A stretch of 52,105 bases of DNA from Actinomycetota bacterium (GTDB taxonomy: Bacteria > Actinomycetota > Acidimicrobiia > Acidimicrobiales > Ilumatobacteraceae). Of the stretch, positions 1 through 9,274 are shown piece by piece. A program made the translations under genes and the position numbers. The stretch covers positions 1 to 52,105 of the forward strand of contig RFZO01000001.1 of the NCBI GenBank assembly GCA_009920715.1. The letters are read 5' to 3'. The notes beneath the pieces were generated by a model. The model had not been told where the DNA came from, searched no databases, and saw only the letters and a program-made list of their open reading frames with translations. Numbering within the stretch: position 1 is the first letter of the stretch; every line of letters begins with the position of its first letter.

Positions 1-104
1 TCCTCCACGAGTTGTGCTGTTTCCTGCGCCTTGGGCGTGGGGAGCGCATCGATGCCCCCGTACCAGATTCCGACGTTGCCGATGTTGACTGCGGGCTTGC
101 CCAT
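1..104 (-). CDS. luciferase-like (LLM) oxidoreductase, 5' end only; gene runs off the window start
   Basis: ATG at 102-104 (rc) with a GGAAGGA SD about 9 nt upstream. The visible N-terminus MGKPAVNIGNVGIWYGGIDALPTPKAQETAQLVE resembles the G-x-G-I-W start of F420-type LLM enzymes. Only 34 codons are visible. Confidence 0.35.
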   Translation of the reverse strand, partial: MGKPAVNIGNVGIWYGGIDALPTPKAQETAQLVE

Positions 105-188
105 GACGATGAGTCCTTCCGGGAGGTGACGGCGCGAGCATAACGAACATCGTCCGCGGGGCTTCCACCGGCACCCTACGATTCGTAA

Positions 189-1229
189 ATGACCACGAAC
201 GCCCACGTCACCTGGCTCAACATGACCGACGACGACCCGGCCGAGCTCGACGCGTTCGAGGCAGCCATCGGGACCCGGCTCCATCCAGTGGCAAGGGAGC
301 ACCTCCTCGACAGCCGGGAACACGAGCTGACACCGTTCCCCCGCATCGAGAACCACGGTGACTACCTGTTCGGGATGCTCTTCGTCCCCTCCGACACCGC
401 CAACACGAAGGCCGATTTCGACCGCATCGTTTTCGCGATCTCGTTCGAGCGCGTCGCGATCTCGGTGGCCACCCACAGCACGAGCACCCACAACTGGAAC
501 GCGGTGATACCGGGGCTCGGCACCCGGCGCGCCTACAGCGGCGACACGGCCCCCGGCGGAAGGTTCCTGCTCGAGCTGCTCGATGCGGTCATCGCGAGAC
601 TCAGCGAGGACGCGGTGAACCTGGAGGCAATGGTCGGCACGCGGACCTCGGAGCTCGGGTCCGGCATCGACCTCACCCAGTCGGTCGAACCCGGCGAGAC
701 CGAGAAGCTGACCAGCAAGGTGCGCCGCCGGATCATGGAGCGCTACAAGGAGCACGGTCCCACCCTTGCCGCCGTCCGGCACGAGATGCCCGCAATGAAG
801 GCCGTGGTGGCCGAGACGAGCGCCGTGCTCGGGAGCCTGGTCAACGACGACGACCGAGTCGACATCAAACAGGACACGGGCGGGACCAGGAGGGAGCTGT
901 TCTCGAAGGAACTCGAGATCTACCTCACCGACATCTACATCGACTCGTTGAACCTCTCCACGCTGCTCCATGCGGTCGACACCTCGATCACCACGACCAA
1001 GGACTTCATGAAACAGCTGAACGACGACGAGAACGTGGCCTCGAACAGGTTCACGGGTGCGATTGCGTCCATCATGCTTCTCCCGACCTTCATCGTCGGG
1101 CTGTACGGGCAGAACTTCGACGACATGCCGGAGACCCACTGGCACTACGGCTACGGATTCTCCTGGGTGGTCATCGTCGCGGTCACCGTGTTCCAGGTCT
1201 GGTTCTTCCGCCGGCGCAAGTGGCTGTGA
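189..1229 (+). CDS. corA: CorA-family (2-TM-GxN) divalent metal ion channel with GQN in place of GMN
   Basis: 346 aa. Soluble N-domain, then two C-terminal TM helices flanking LYGQNFDDMPE, with a basic tail FFRRRKWL. High GC3. Confidence 0.8.
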   Translation: MTTNAHVTWLNMTDDDPAELDAFEAAIGTRLHPVAREHLLDSREHELTPFPRIENHGDYLFGMLFVPSDTANTKADFDRIVFAISFERVAISVATHSTSTHNWNAVIPGLGTRRAYSGDTAPGGRFLLELLDAVIARLSEDAVNLEAMVGTRTSELGSGIDLTQSVEPGETEKLTSKVRRRIMERYKEHGPTLAAVRHEMPAMKAVVAETSAVLGSLVNDDDRVDIKQDTGGTRRELFSKELEIYLTDIYIDSLNLSTLLHAVDTSITTTKDFMKQLNDDENVASNRFTGAIASIMLLPTFIVGLYGQNFDDMPETHWHYGYGFSWVVIVAVTVFQVWFFRRRKWL

Positions 1230-1294
1230 CGCTTCCGCACTGCTGTCGACAGAGGTCTCATCTGCGGGCAGGCGCCGGCGCCTAGTATCAACCC

Positions 1295-1894
1295 GTGGTC
1301 CAGTGGGCAACAGACGTCATCGACGCCATCGGGCTAGCAGGGGTCGCGTTCCTCGTCGCGCTCGAGAACATCTTCCCGCCGATTCCCTCCGAACTGATTC
1401 TTCTCCTCGCGGGGTTCAACGTCAGTGAGGGCAGGTTCGGGGTGGTCGGTGCGGTCCTCGCAGCCACGGCCGGGTCGGTTGTCGGCGCCTACTTCCTCTA
1501 TGCCGTGGGTCGGCTCGTGCAGGACGAACGGCTCGAGCGGTTCCTCGCCGGTGCGGGCCGCTTCGTCGGGCTGAAGCGCACCGACGTCCACAAGGGATTC
1601 CAGTGGTTCGATCGGCACGGCACCTTCGTGGTCCTCTTCGGGCGTCTGATCCCTGTCGTCCGGTCGGTCGTCTCCATTCCCGCCGGCTCCGACAACATGC
1701 CCATCGCCAGGTTCACCATGCTCACCGCGGCCGGGTCACTCGTGTGGAACACCGTGTGGGTCGCAGTCGGCTGGGGTCTCGGCGACCAATGGGAGAAGGC
1801 CGGAAAGTGGGGCGACTACCTGCAGTACGGCGTCATCACCCTCGCCGCGGTGGGCTTCATCGTGCTCGTCGTGCGTTCGAGGCGTGCTCGGTAG
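1295..1894 (+). CDS. DedA/VTT-family membrane protein
   Basis: 199 aa with the LENIFPPIPSE motif and multiple TM segments typical of DedA. GTG start. Confidence 0.8.
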   Translation: MVQWATDVIDAIGLAGVAFLVALENIFPPIPSELILLLAGFNVSEGRFGVVGAVLAATAGSVVGAYFLYAVGRLVQDERLERFLAGAGRFVGLKRTDVHKGFQWFDRHGTFVVLFGRLIPVVRSVVSIPAGSDNMPIARFTMLTAAGSLVWNTVWVAVGWGLGDQWEKAGKWGDYLQYGVITLAAVGFIVLVVRSRRAR

Positions 1895-1912
1895 ACTCCA
1901 CAGCCACACCAT

Positions 1913-1987
<75 letters not shown>

Positions 1988-2025
1988 GCAGCAAGCAGAT
2001 AACAAAGTCGGGACGGAGGTAGCCC

Positions 2026-3111
2026 GTGTCCGCTCTCTTCAGCCCAGTCACGTTCCGCGACGTCGAGATCAAGAACCGACTGTGGGTCTCCCCGATGTGC
2101 CAGTACTCGGCCGATGACGGTGTGGTGAACGCATGGCACATGCAGTGGCTGGGCTCTCTCGCCGTGGGCGGGTTCGGGCTCGTCGTCACGGAGGCCACCG
2201 CCGTGAACCCGGTCGGTCGGCACTCTCTCGCCGATGCGGGTCTGTGGCGCGACGACCACGTCGACGCATGGGCGCCGGTGGTCGAGTTCGGCCGTTCGCA
2301 CGGCGCCACGATGGCAGTCCAGTTGGCACACGCAGGGCGCAAGGCCGGCACACGGCCCCCGTGGATGGGCCGCACCCACCTGTCCACCGAGGAGGGTGGC
2401 TGGCAGTCGGTGGGACCGAGCGCCGTGGCGGCAGAGGGACTCCCCGCACCGCGCGCACTCTCCCGCGGGGAGATCGCGGGGGTCGTGGAGGACTTCGTCG
2501 CGGCCGCACGGCGCGCGGTGCGGGCCGGGTTCCAGGTGATCGAGATCCACTCCGCGCACGGCTACCTGCTGCACGAGTTCCTCTCGCCACTCTCCAACAC
2601 GAGGGATGACGAGTACGGGGGCACGTTCGAGAATCGCTGCCGTCTCGTCCTCGACGTGGTGCGGGCGGTCCGTGCAGAAGTCGGCGACGGCATGCCCGTG
2701 TTCGTCCGCCTGTCGTGCACCGACTACGCGGAGGGCGGGTGGACGGTCGAGGACACTGTTGACGTGTCGCGCATGCTGAAGGATGCGGGATGTGACCTCA
2801 TCGACTGCTCGTCGGGCGGGCTGGTGCCCATCAACTTCGCCGAGCACGAGGTAGGCCCTGATTACCAGGTGAAATTCTCCGAGGCGGTCCGTGCGGGAGC
2901 GGCGATACCCACCGGCGCAGTCGGACTCATCACCGCCGCGGAACAGGCTGAGTCGATCGTGGCGGAAGGCAGAGCCGATGTGGTCCTCGTGGCCCGTGCC
3001 GCGATGCGCAACCCGTACTTCGCTCGCGACGTCGCCGAACAACTGGGTGAGTTCGTTCCCTGGCCGTCGCAACTGGAACGAGCGCGCCGCGTCAAGCCCC
3101 GCCGGGGCTGA
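2026..3111 (+). CDS. NADH:flavin oxidoreductase, Old Yellow Enzyme family (YqjM/NamA-like)
   Basis: 361 aa with N-terminus LFSPVTFRDVEIKNRLWVSPMCQYS and HSAHGYLLHEFLSPLSN typical of OYE. GGAGG SD 6 nt before GTG 2026. Confidence 0.85.
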   Translation: MSALFSPVTFRDVEIKNRLWVSPMCQYSADDGVVNAWHMQWLGSLAVGGFGLVVTEATAVNPVGRHSLADAGLWRDDHVDAWAPVVEFGRSHGATMAVQLAHAGRKAGTRPPWMGRTHLSTEEGGWQSVGPSAVAAEGLPAPRALSRGEIAGVVEDFVAAARRAVRAGFQVIEIHSAHGYLLHEFLSPLSNTRDDEYGGTFENRCRLVLDVVRAVRAEVGDGMPVFVRLSCTDYAEGGWTVEDTVDVSRMLKDAGCDLIDCSSGGLVPINFAEHEVGPDYQVKFSEAVRAGAAIPTGAVGLITAAEQAESIVAEGRADVVLVARAAMRNPYFARDVAEQLGEFVPWPSQLERARRVKPRRG

Positions 3112-3152
3112 GGGCACCCCGGCGCGGAACCGCCGCGACTAGCGTGACGGCC

Positions 3153-3995
3153 ATGACCGGTTCGGTTGAACAAGGAAACGGCGCCGACCGCAGGCGCGGC
3201 GAGTCATACCTCGTCTCCGCCGACGAACTCGAGGCATTCAGACGCGACGGGTACGTGCACCTGCGCGGGGTGATGTCACCCGCGGAGATGGACTCCATCG
3301 AGCAGGTGTACGACCGCTTTCTTCGCGGCGAGATCGCCGTCGAGGGCAAGGACTTCAACGACATGACCACCGGCGAGCACGGCACCGACCCCAGCGGGTA
3401 CGCCGTGGTCAATGTCATGCTCCCCCGCCGCTACCACCCGGAGTGGCAGGGGAACCTCTTCGAGCGACGCGCGCAATCCATCGCCGACCAGCTGTGCGGC
3501 GAGGGGATGACCATCGACTTCGACCAATTGCTCGCCAAATCCCCCGGCCGGCCGGACGCCGTGTTCCACTGGCACCAGGACCAGGCGTACTGGATCGACA
3601 CCGAGGACCGCCGCACGGCCACCTGCTGGCTGGCCGTCGATGACTCCACCCTGGAGAACGGCTGCATGCAGTTCCTGCCCGGGTCGCACCGTGAGCCGGT
3701 GAGACCGCACCGCCCCCTCCACGAGGACCGATCGGCCAGCCACACGCTCGTCACAGACCTCCGGCCCGGCGACTCCATGGTGCCCGTGCCCATCGGGCGG
3801 GGCGACATCACGGTGCACAACGAGGGCGTCCTCCACGGGTCGGGCGGCAACCACTCCGCAGCCAGCTACCGCCGTGCCTACATCGTCGCCTTCCGCAGCC
3901 GATCGACCGTCGAGGAGGAACGCCGACGGGGATTCACGCACAGCCACAACGACTCGGTCGAGGTTCTCGGCAGCGTCGACGGGCTGCAGGCCTGA
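3153..3995 (+). CDS. phytanoyl-CoA dioxygenase (PhyH) family Fe(II)/2-oxoglutarate oxygenase
   Basis: HWHQDQAYW (HxD) plus a distal His (HNEGVLHGSG). The ORF track starts at GTG 3144. ATG 3153 is preferred because TAGCGT lies 7 nt upstream. Confidence 0.75.
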   Translation: MTGSVEQGNGADRRRGESYLVSADELEAFRRDGYVHLRGVMSPAEMDSIEQVYDRFLRGEIAVEGKDFNDMTTGEHGTDPSGYAVVNVMLPRRYHPEWQGNLFERRAQSIADQLCGEGMTIDFDQLLAKSPGRPDAVFHWHQDQAYWIDTEDRRTATCWLAVDDSTLENGCMQFLPGSHREPVRPHRPLHEDRSASHTLVTDLRPGDSMVPVPIGRGDITVHNEGVLHGSGGNHSAASYRRAYIVAFRSRSTVEEERRRGFTHSHNDSVEVLGSVDGLQA

Positions 3996-4026
3996 ACCGC
4001 GTTTCGTGCGGGGGTAAGGTCCGCAC

Positions 4027-5064
4027 ATGCCCGGCACGCAACGTCACCACCGGGACTACGGGCTGCTCGGCGATGAGTCACGACGCGCGGTGGACAAGGG
4101 TCTGGCGGGTGCGTCCTGGCGCCTCAGCCCGGTCGACAGGGACGAGCTCCTCGCGCTGATGCGCAGACGGAACAACCCGGCCGCATTCCACACGGTTCTG
4201 TGGCTGGCACTACTGGTCGGGTCAGGTGTGTGGCTGTGGCTCACGTGGCTGAGCTGGTGGACGCTGCCCGCGGCATTCGTGTACGGCACGCTCTACGGGT
4301 CGGCCTCCGACGCCCGGTGGCACGAGTGCGGTCACCGCACCGCCTTCGCGTCGAAGCGCGCGAACGACGTCGTCTACCACGTCGCATCGTTCATGGACGT
4401 CCGCGAGCCGGTGTCGTGGCGCTGGAGCCACAACCGGCATCACGCCGACACGATCGTGGTCGGTCGCGACCCCGAGATCGCGTACCCCCGGCCCACCGCG
4501 CTGTGGCGGGTGGTCGCCGACATGTTCGGCGTGTTCAGCACCGCGGCAGAGATGCGCAAGTACTGGTTCAACATCCGCGGCCGACTCACCCCGGAGGAAG
4601 CCACGTACGTTCCCCCGCGGGAGGCGGGGGCCGCCGTGCGGTGGGGGCGCATCCACGCCGCCGTCTGGGTGGCAGTGGTCGCGTGCTCGGTGGGCACCGG
4701 TTCGCTCCTCCCCCTGATGATCGTCGGGTTGCCGTCGATGTACGGGCGCTGGCTGCTCGTGGTTTTCGGCACCACCCAGCACGCGGGACTGGCCGAGGAC
4801 GTGCTGGACCACCGGTTGAACACCCGCACCGTGATGATGGGCCCCGTGCTGCGGTTCCTCTACCTGAACATGAACTACCACCTCGAGCACCACATGTACC
4901 CGGCAGTCCCGTACCACGCTCTCCCCCGCCTCCATGAGCTCCTCGCGGATGACCTGCCCGAGCCGTACCCGAACATGCGGTCCGCGTACCGCGACATCAT
5001 CCCCGCGTTGCGTCGCCAACGGGACGAGCCGGGCTTCTGGTTGGCTCCCGACCTGCCGGCCTGA
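4027..5064 (+). CDS. membrane fatty-acid desaturase family protein (three His boxes)
   Basis: 345 aa with HECGH, HNRHH and HLEHH boxes, TM segments, and an N-terminal ~60-aa soluble extension. Confidence 0.8.
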   Translation: MPGTQRHHRDYGLLGDESRRAVDKGLAGASWRLSPVDRDELLALMRRRNNPAAFHTVLWLALLVGSGVWLWLTWLSWWTLPAAFVYGTLYGSASDARWHECGHRTAFASKRANDVVYHVASFMDVREPVSWRWSHNRHHADTIVVGRDPEIAYPRPTALWRVVADMFGVFSTAAEMRKYWFNIRGRLTPEEATYVPPREAGAAVRWGRIHAAVWVAVVACSVGTGSLLPLMIVGLPSMYGRWLLVVFGTTQHAGLAEDVLDHRLNTRTVMMGPVLRFLYLNMNYHLEHHMYPAVPYHALPRLHELLADDLPEPYPNMRSAYRDIIPALRRQRDEPGFWLAPDLPA

Positions 5065-5067
5065 TCC

Positions 5068-5478
5068 ATGACCGGGGCGGACGACATCACCACACCTCGC
5101 GGGTTGGTGATCCCCGCCGCCGCGGTGTCGTGGTCTTTCGCACGTGCAGCGGGGGCAGGCGGACAGAACGTGAACAAGTCATCCACAAAGGCAGTGCTCG
5201 TCGTCGACTTGACCGCTGTTGAGGGGCCACGGGCCGCGGTCCGTCGTGTGGTCGCTGCGCTCGGGACGGAACTGCGCGTCACACGCCAGTCGATGCGCAG
5301 TCAGTGGGCGAACCGCCAGGCATGTCTTCAAGCGGCCATGGAACGTATCGATGAGGCGTCGCGGCCAGCCCCGCCGCCGCGCCGCCCCACCCGGCCCACA
5401 CGGGGTTCGGTGGAACGACGCCTCGAGTCCAAACGCCGGCAGTCGGCGAAAAAGAGGGACCGACGAGCCGACGACTGA
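5068..5478 (+). CDS. arfB: ArfB-type ribosome-rescue peptidyl-tRNA hydrolase (GGQ domain)
   Basis: 136 aa with the GAGGQNVNK motif and a basic C-terminal tail (RRLESKRRQSAKKRDRR). Starts 3 nt after the desaturase stop. Confidence 0.8.
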   Translation: MTGADDITTPRGLVIPAAAVSWSFARAAGAGGQNVNKSSTKAVLVVDLTAVEGPRAAVRRVVAALGTELRVTRQSMRSQWANRQACLQAAMERIDEASRPAPPPRRPTRPTRGSVERRLESKRRQSAKKRDRRADD

Positions 5479-5516
5479 TTCGGCCACCGCCACCACCTCG
5501 CCTACCATGACGGCCC

Positions 5517-7088
5517 ATGAGCGGCACAGAGATCACCTGCATGGCGGACATCGTCCGCACCCACGGCACCGGCCGGCCGGGACACACCAGTCTCATCGAG
5601 GGCGGCAACAGGCTCTCGTGGGCCGACCTCTACGAGAGGGCGCAGCGAGTGGCGAACGGCTTCGCCGCCGCGGGTGTCGGCAACCAGGACCGTGTGGCCT
5701 TCCTCGACATGAACGGCATCCCCCACTTCGAGGTGTTCTACGGCGCGGCTCTGCTCAACGCGGTCAGCGTGGACGTGAACTGGCGGCTGGCGGCGCCGGA
5801 GGTCGAGTACATCGTGAACAACGCGGAGGCCAAGGTGCTGGTGGTCGGGGCGGAGTTCGCCGCGGTGGTGGACGCAATCGCCCCGAACCTGACGCACACG
5901 AAGCTGATTCTCGTGGTCGGCGGTCACGGGGAGTACGAGGACTGGGACGCATGGGTCGGACGGCAGTCGGTCGGCGACCCGCATGTGCCGTCGAGGCACG
6001 ACGACGTCGCCTTCCAGCTGTACTCGAGCGGCACCACGGGACTCCCCAAGGGCGTCATGCTGACGAACGACAACTTCCTCGCCCTCGCACCGATGATCAG
6101 CCAGATCTGGGAGCTCACCCCCGATTCGGTGAACATGGCCGCGATGCCGCTGTTCCACATCGGAGGAGGCGGCTGGGCGACCGCAGGCCAGTTCCTGGGA
6201 TGCACAACGGTCATCGTGCGGGTGATGGACCCCGCCGCCGTCGTGAGGCTCATCGGTGAGCACCGCATCACTCATGCGTTCCTCGTCCCCGCAGTGCTCG
6301 CCTTCATGAACATGGTGCCGGGCGTCGAAGACGCCGACTTCTCCAGCCTCGAGGTGTTCGTGTACGGCGCGTCCCCCATCAGCGAGGACGTTCTCACGAA
6401 GAGCGTGCAGTTGTTCAAGTGCAAGTTCTGGCAGGCGTACGGACTCACCGAGACGACCGGCGGAGTGGTCAACCTTCCCCCGTCAGACCACGACCCGAAC
6501 GGCCCGAACAAGCACCGCCTGCGCAGTTGCGGCGTGCCCGGACCGGGAGTGGAGATCCGGATTGTCGACAACGACAGCGGCAGGGACTGCGAGCAGGGCG
6601 AGGTCGGGGAGATCTGGATCCGGTCAGCCCAGGTGATGGCCGGGTACTGGAAGCGCCCGGAGGACACCGCGAAGGCCATCACTTCGGACGGTTGGTTCAA
6701 GTCCGGCGATGCCGGTTACGTCGACGCCGACGGTTACGTCTACATCCACGACCGCGTGAAGGACATGATCGTGTCGGGCGGCGAGAACGTGTACCCGGCG
6801 GAGGTGGAGAACGTGCTCATGTCCCACCCAGCCGTCGCGGATGTCGCCGTCATCGGGATCCCCCACGAGAAGTGGGGAGAAACTGCCATGGCCATCGTGG
6901 TGCGGGCGAAGGACGCGGTCGTCACAGAGCAGGAGATCATCGACTTCTCGCGCGAACGGCTCGCCAAGTTCAAGTGCCCCACCCGGGTGGAATGGACCGA
7001 TGCCCTCCCCCGCAACCCCAGCGGGAAGGTCCTGAAGAAGGACCTGCGCGAGCCGTACTGGGCGGGCCACGAGCGCCGCGTCAACTGA
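5517..7088 (+). CDS. acyl-CoA synthetase / AMP-dependent ligase
   Basis: 523 aa with YSSGTTGLPKGV (AMP-binding), GYGLTET, and GWFKSGD...DRVKDMIVSGGENVYP motifs. Confidence 0.9.
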   Translation: MSGTEITCMADIVRTHGTGRPGHTSLIEGGNRLSWADLYERAQRVANGFAAAGVGNQDRVAFLDMNGIPHFEVFYGAALLNAVSVDVNWRLAAPEVEYIVNNAEAKVLVVGAEFAAVVDAIAPNLTHTKLILVVGGHGEYEDWDAWVGRQSVGDPHVPSRHDDVAFQLYSSGTTGLPKGVMLTNDNFLALAPMISQIWELTPDSVNMAAMPLFHIGGGGWATAGQFLGCTTVIVRVMDPAAVVRLIGEHRITHAFLVPAVLAFMNMVPGVEDADFSSLEVFVYGASPISEDVLTKSVQLFKCKFWQAYGLTETTGGVVNLPPSDHDPNGPNKHRLRSCGVPGPGVEIRIVDNDSGRDCEQGEVGEIWIRSAQVMAGYWKRPEDTAKAITSDGWFKSGDAGYVDADGYVYIHDRVKDMIVSGGENVYPAEVENVLMSHPAVADVAVIGIPHEKWGETAMAIVVRAKDAVVTEQEIIDFSRERLAKFKCPTRVEWTDALPRNPSGKVLKKDLREPYWAGHERRVN

Positions 7089-7143
7089 CGGCCGGACGGC
7101 AACGACCGCGCGGCGAAAATTGCCCCGTCGGCCCCCGCTCACC

Positions 7144-7172
7144 TAGACACCCTGCCCCCGCTTCCCTATTGT
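7144..7172 (+). promoter_or_regulatory. candidate sigma-70-type promoter for the secreted-protein gene
   Basis: TAGACA (7144-7149), 17-nt spacer, TATTGT (7167-7172). A GGGAGGG SD lies 6 nt before GTG 7204. Confidence 0.4.
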
Positions 7173-7203
7173 GGGGCTGTCGGACCGACCGGGAGGGTAC
7201 GCC

Positions 7204-9222
7204 GTGAAGATCAGTCGTCGGATTGCAGTGGGCTTGCTGCTGACGGGAACGGTGGCCTCCGTGTCGCCGGTCTCGGTTGTGGAGGCGGCAACCGCCGCCA
7301 CCAAACTCACCGCGAAGGTCAAGGGAGTCGCTGCCGGAACGCAGCTGCTCGCCGTGTACAGCACCGGCGCGAGCGCACGGGCGAAGGTCAGCGGCGGGAA
7401 GGCCACGATCACCCTCCCGAAGAACGTGAAGGCGAGCGGGAAGGTCAGCCTCCACCTGGTCAACCCGAACGGCTCCTACGGCGGTCCCGTCTCGATCGGC
7501 AAGACGAAGGGAACGAAGACCACCTGGTACGGAAGTGTCAGCGCCCGGCCAAAGAAGACCACATCGCTCGGCACCATCACGTACTCGGCTGCCCAGCAGT
7601 ACGCGTCCACCAAGGCCGCAGGCTCCACCGCGACCCTGCCCGTCACCGGCACGCTCAAGAACGCCAGCAAGGCAGGCAAGCCCGCGGGCGCGGGACGACT
7701 GGGCCTCGCCGCCTCGAAGGCGGTGTCCTCGGCATCCTTGGCACCGGGCGACTCCATCGAGTGGACCTGGGGCGTGCAGGCGTTCGCCGCCGAGGAGCAG
7801 CCGGCCGGAGGTGACCTCGACGGGGACGGCATGCCGAACACTCTCGACATCGACGACGACGGTGACGGCTTCCCGGACCAGCTCGACCAGTCGGCCGGCA
7901 AGGCGGGCGCCAAGCCCACCGCGCTCTACGACGCGTTCAGCTCGTTGACCACCGGCATCGGCTCCGGCCAGAGCGCCATCAACTACAACATCCTCTCCCA
8001 GAAGTACACCGACGCGGCGGAACTGCGCAAGCAGCTCTCGATCCTCGTGGACGCGAACTTCACACTCAACACGAGGGTCGTGGCGCCGTTCCTCACCGAC
8101 AACTCCAGCCTCACCATCCAGGACGCGTGGGTCGACTGCACCGGCCTCGCCTGGTGCCTCTCAGCCGACTCCGGCGACACGCTCGACACCTTCGTGAGCG
8201 CCCCGCGCATCCTCTCCTGGGGCGACGGAAACATCAAGGACTACTGGAAGTACGCATTCCGCAAGACCGGCCAGACCACATGCAGCATCTACCAGCCGAG
8301 TTCCAGCACCGAGGGGTGCCAGTCAGTCAAGTGGGCGGACTTCTCGATGCACAAGATGCTCACCACGGCCAAGGCGAACGGGGGTTCCATGCCCGCCACC
8401 GCTCCGGCATGGACAGACCACACCGGCGGATTCGGGCTCTACGACGCCTACCGCGAGTTCCCGGCGGGATGGGGCCCGAACAAGTCCGGCTTCGACCTCA
8501 CTGCCAACGTCCAGCCGCGCGGCTACACCAAGTTCCTCGACAACTTCAAGGCCGGCGACGTCCTCACGGTGAAGGCGACCCTCAGTGACGGGACGTCCAC
8601 TGAGATCTCCATGACCGTCGCGCCGTTCTTCGTGACCGCGCCCACGGTGTTCTCGTTCACACCCGGTGGCGGCTCGGAGCAGACCGTCGATTACGTCACC
8701 GCGGAGAGCTGCAACGGCACCGACCAGCCGGGTTGCAGGCTCGGCAGCGAGTCACGCCGCGTGCGGGTCTCGGCCGCCAACCCGAAGCTCACCGTCAAGT
8801 TCTGGCGCCCGCAGCGCATGCGGGTGTCGGGGGCAGACGATGCGATCGCGGGGACTGATCCGTACCTCGACATGGGATCGCTGAACTACCGGGTGTCGGG
8901 CTACTCCGGCGACGGCGGCCAGTGGGGCTACTGCTTCAACTCGGCCGTGACCATCTCCGACACCGCCAGCTCGACCTTCACTGAGGTGAAAGCTGACCCG
9001 CAGTACTCGAACTCGTTCGACTACTACAAGGACGGGTCCGCTGACGCCGCCCCGTCCGCGGGCAGGTACGTCACCGCCACGATCGATTTCTCGAAGTGCA
9101 AGGACATCTCGGTGACGGCCGGGAAGAACTACACGTTCAGGCTCGACGCGTCGGGTGAGGAACTGTTCGGCGGCTCGCGGACCAACGCGAACCAGAACTT
9201 CAACATCACGTTCACGTCCTGA
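7204..9222 (+). CDS. secreted protein of unknown function with one thrombospondin-type-3-like Asp-rich Ca-binding repeat
   Basis: The ORF track starts at GTG 7171. GTG 7204 is preferred because of the SD. Signal peptide VKISRRIAVGLLLTGTVASVSPVSVVEA|AT. DLDGDGMPNTLDIDDDGDGFPDQLD at 7813-7887. 8 Cys in 4 close pairs. Confidence 0.7.
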   Translation: MKISRRIAVGLLLTGTVASVSPVSVVEAATAATKLTAKVKGVAAGTQLLAVYSTGASARAKVSGGKATITLPKNVKASGKVSLHLVNPNGSYGGPVSIGKTKGTKTTWYGSVSARPKKTTSLGTITYSAAQQYASTKAAGSTATLPVTGTLKNASKAGKPAGAGRLGLAASKAVSSASLAPGDSIEWTWGVQAFAAEEQPAGGDLDGDGMPNTLDIDDDGDGFPDQLDQSAGKAGAKPTALYDAFSSLTTGIGSGQSAINYNILSQKYTDAAELRKQLSILVDANFTLNTRVVAPFLTDNSSLTIQDAWVDCTGLAWCLSADSGDTLDTFVSAPRILSWGDGNIKDYWKYAFRKTGQTTCSIYQPSSSTEGCQSVKWADFSMHKMLTTAKANGGSMPATAPAWTDHTGGFGLYDAYREFPAGWGPNKSGFDLTANVQPRGYTKFLDNFKAGDVLTVKATLSDGTSTEISMTVAPFFVTAPTVFSFTPGGGSEQTVDYVTAESCNGTDQPGCRLGSESRRVRVSAANPKLTVKFWRPQRMRVSGADDAIAGTDPYLDMGSLNYRVSGYSGDGGQWGYCFNSAVTISDTASSTFTEVKADPQYSNSFDYYKDGSADAAPSAGRYVTATIDFSKCKDISVTAGKNYTFRLDASGEELFGGSRTNANQNFNITFTS

Positions 9223-9242
9223 CGCTGACGGGTCCACCGACT

Positions 9243-9260
9243 CCCGGGCCCGCGCCCGGG
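9243..9260 (+). terminator. GC hairpin after the secreted-protein gene (possible U-tract-less terminator)
   Basis: CCCGGGC-ccgc-GCCCGGG, a 7-bp stem 21 nt after the stop at 9222. No T-tract. Confidence 0.3.
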
Positions 9261-9274
9261 GGTACATTGGGGGC

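Noticed and set aside
105-188. A possible Mg2+ (M-box) riboswitch upstream of corA.
   Set aside because: Only 84 bp of divergent intergenic DNA is available, and the -10 sits 6 nt from the ATG. That leaves no room for a ~160-nt aptamer.
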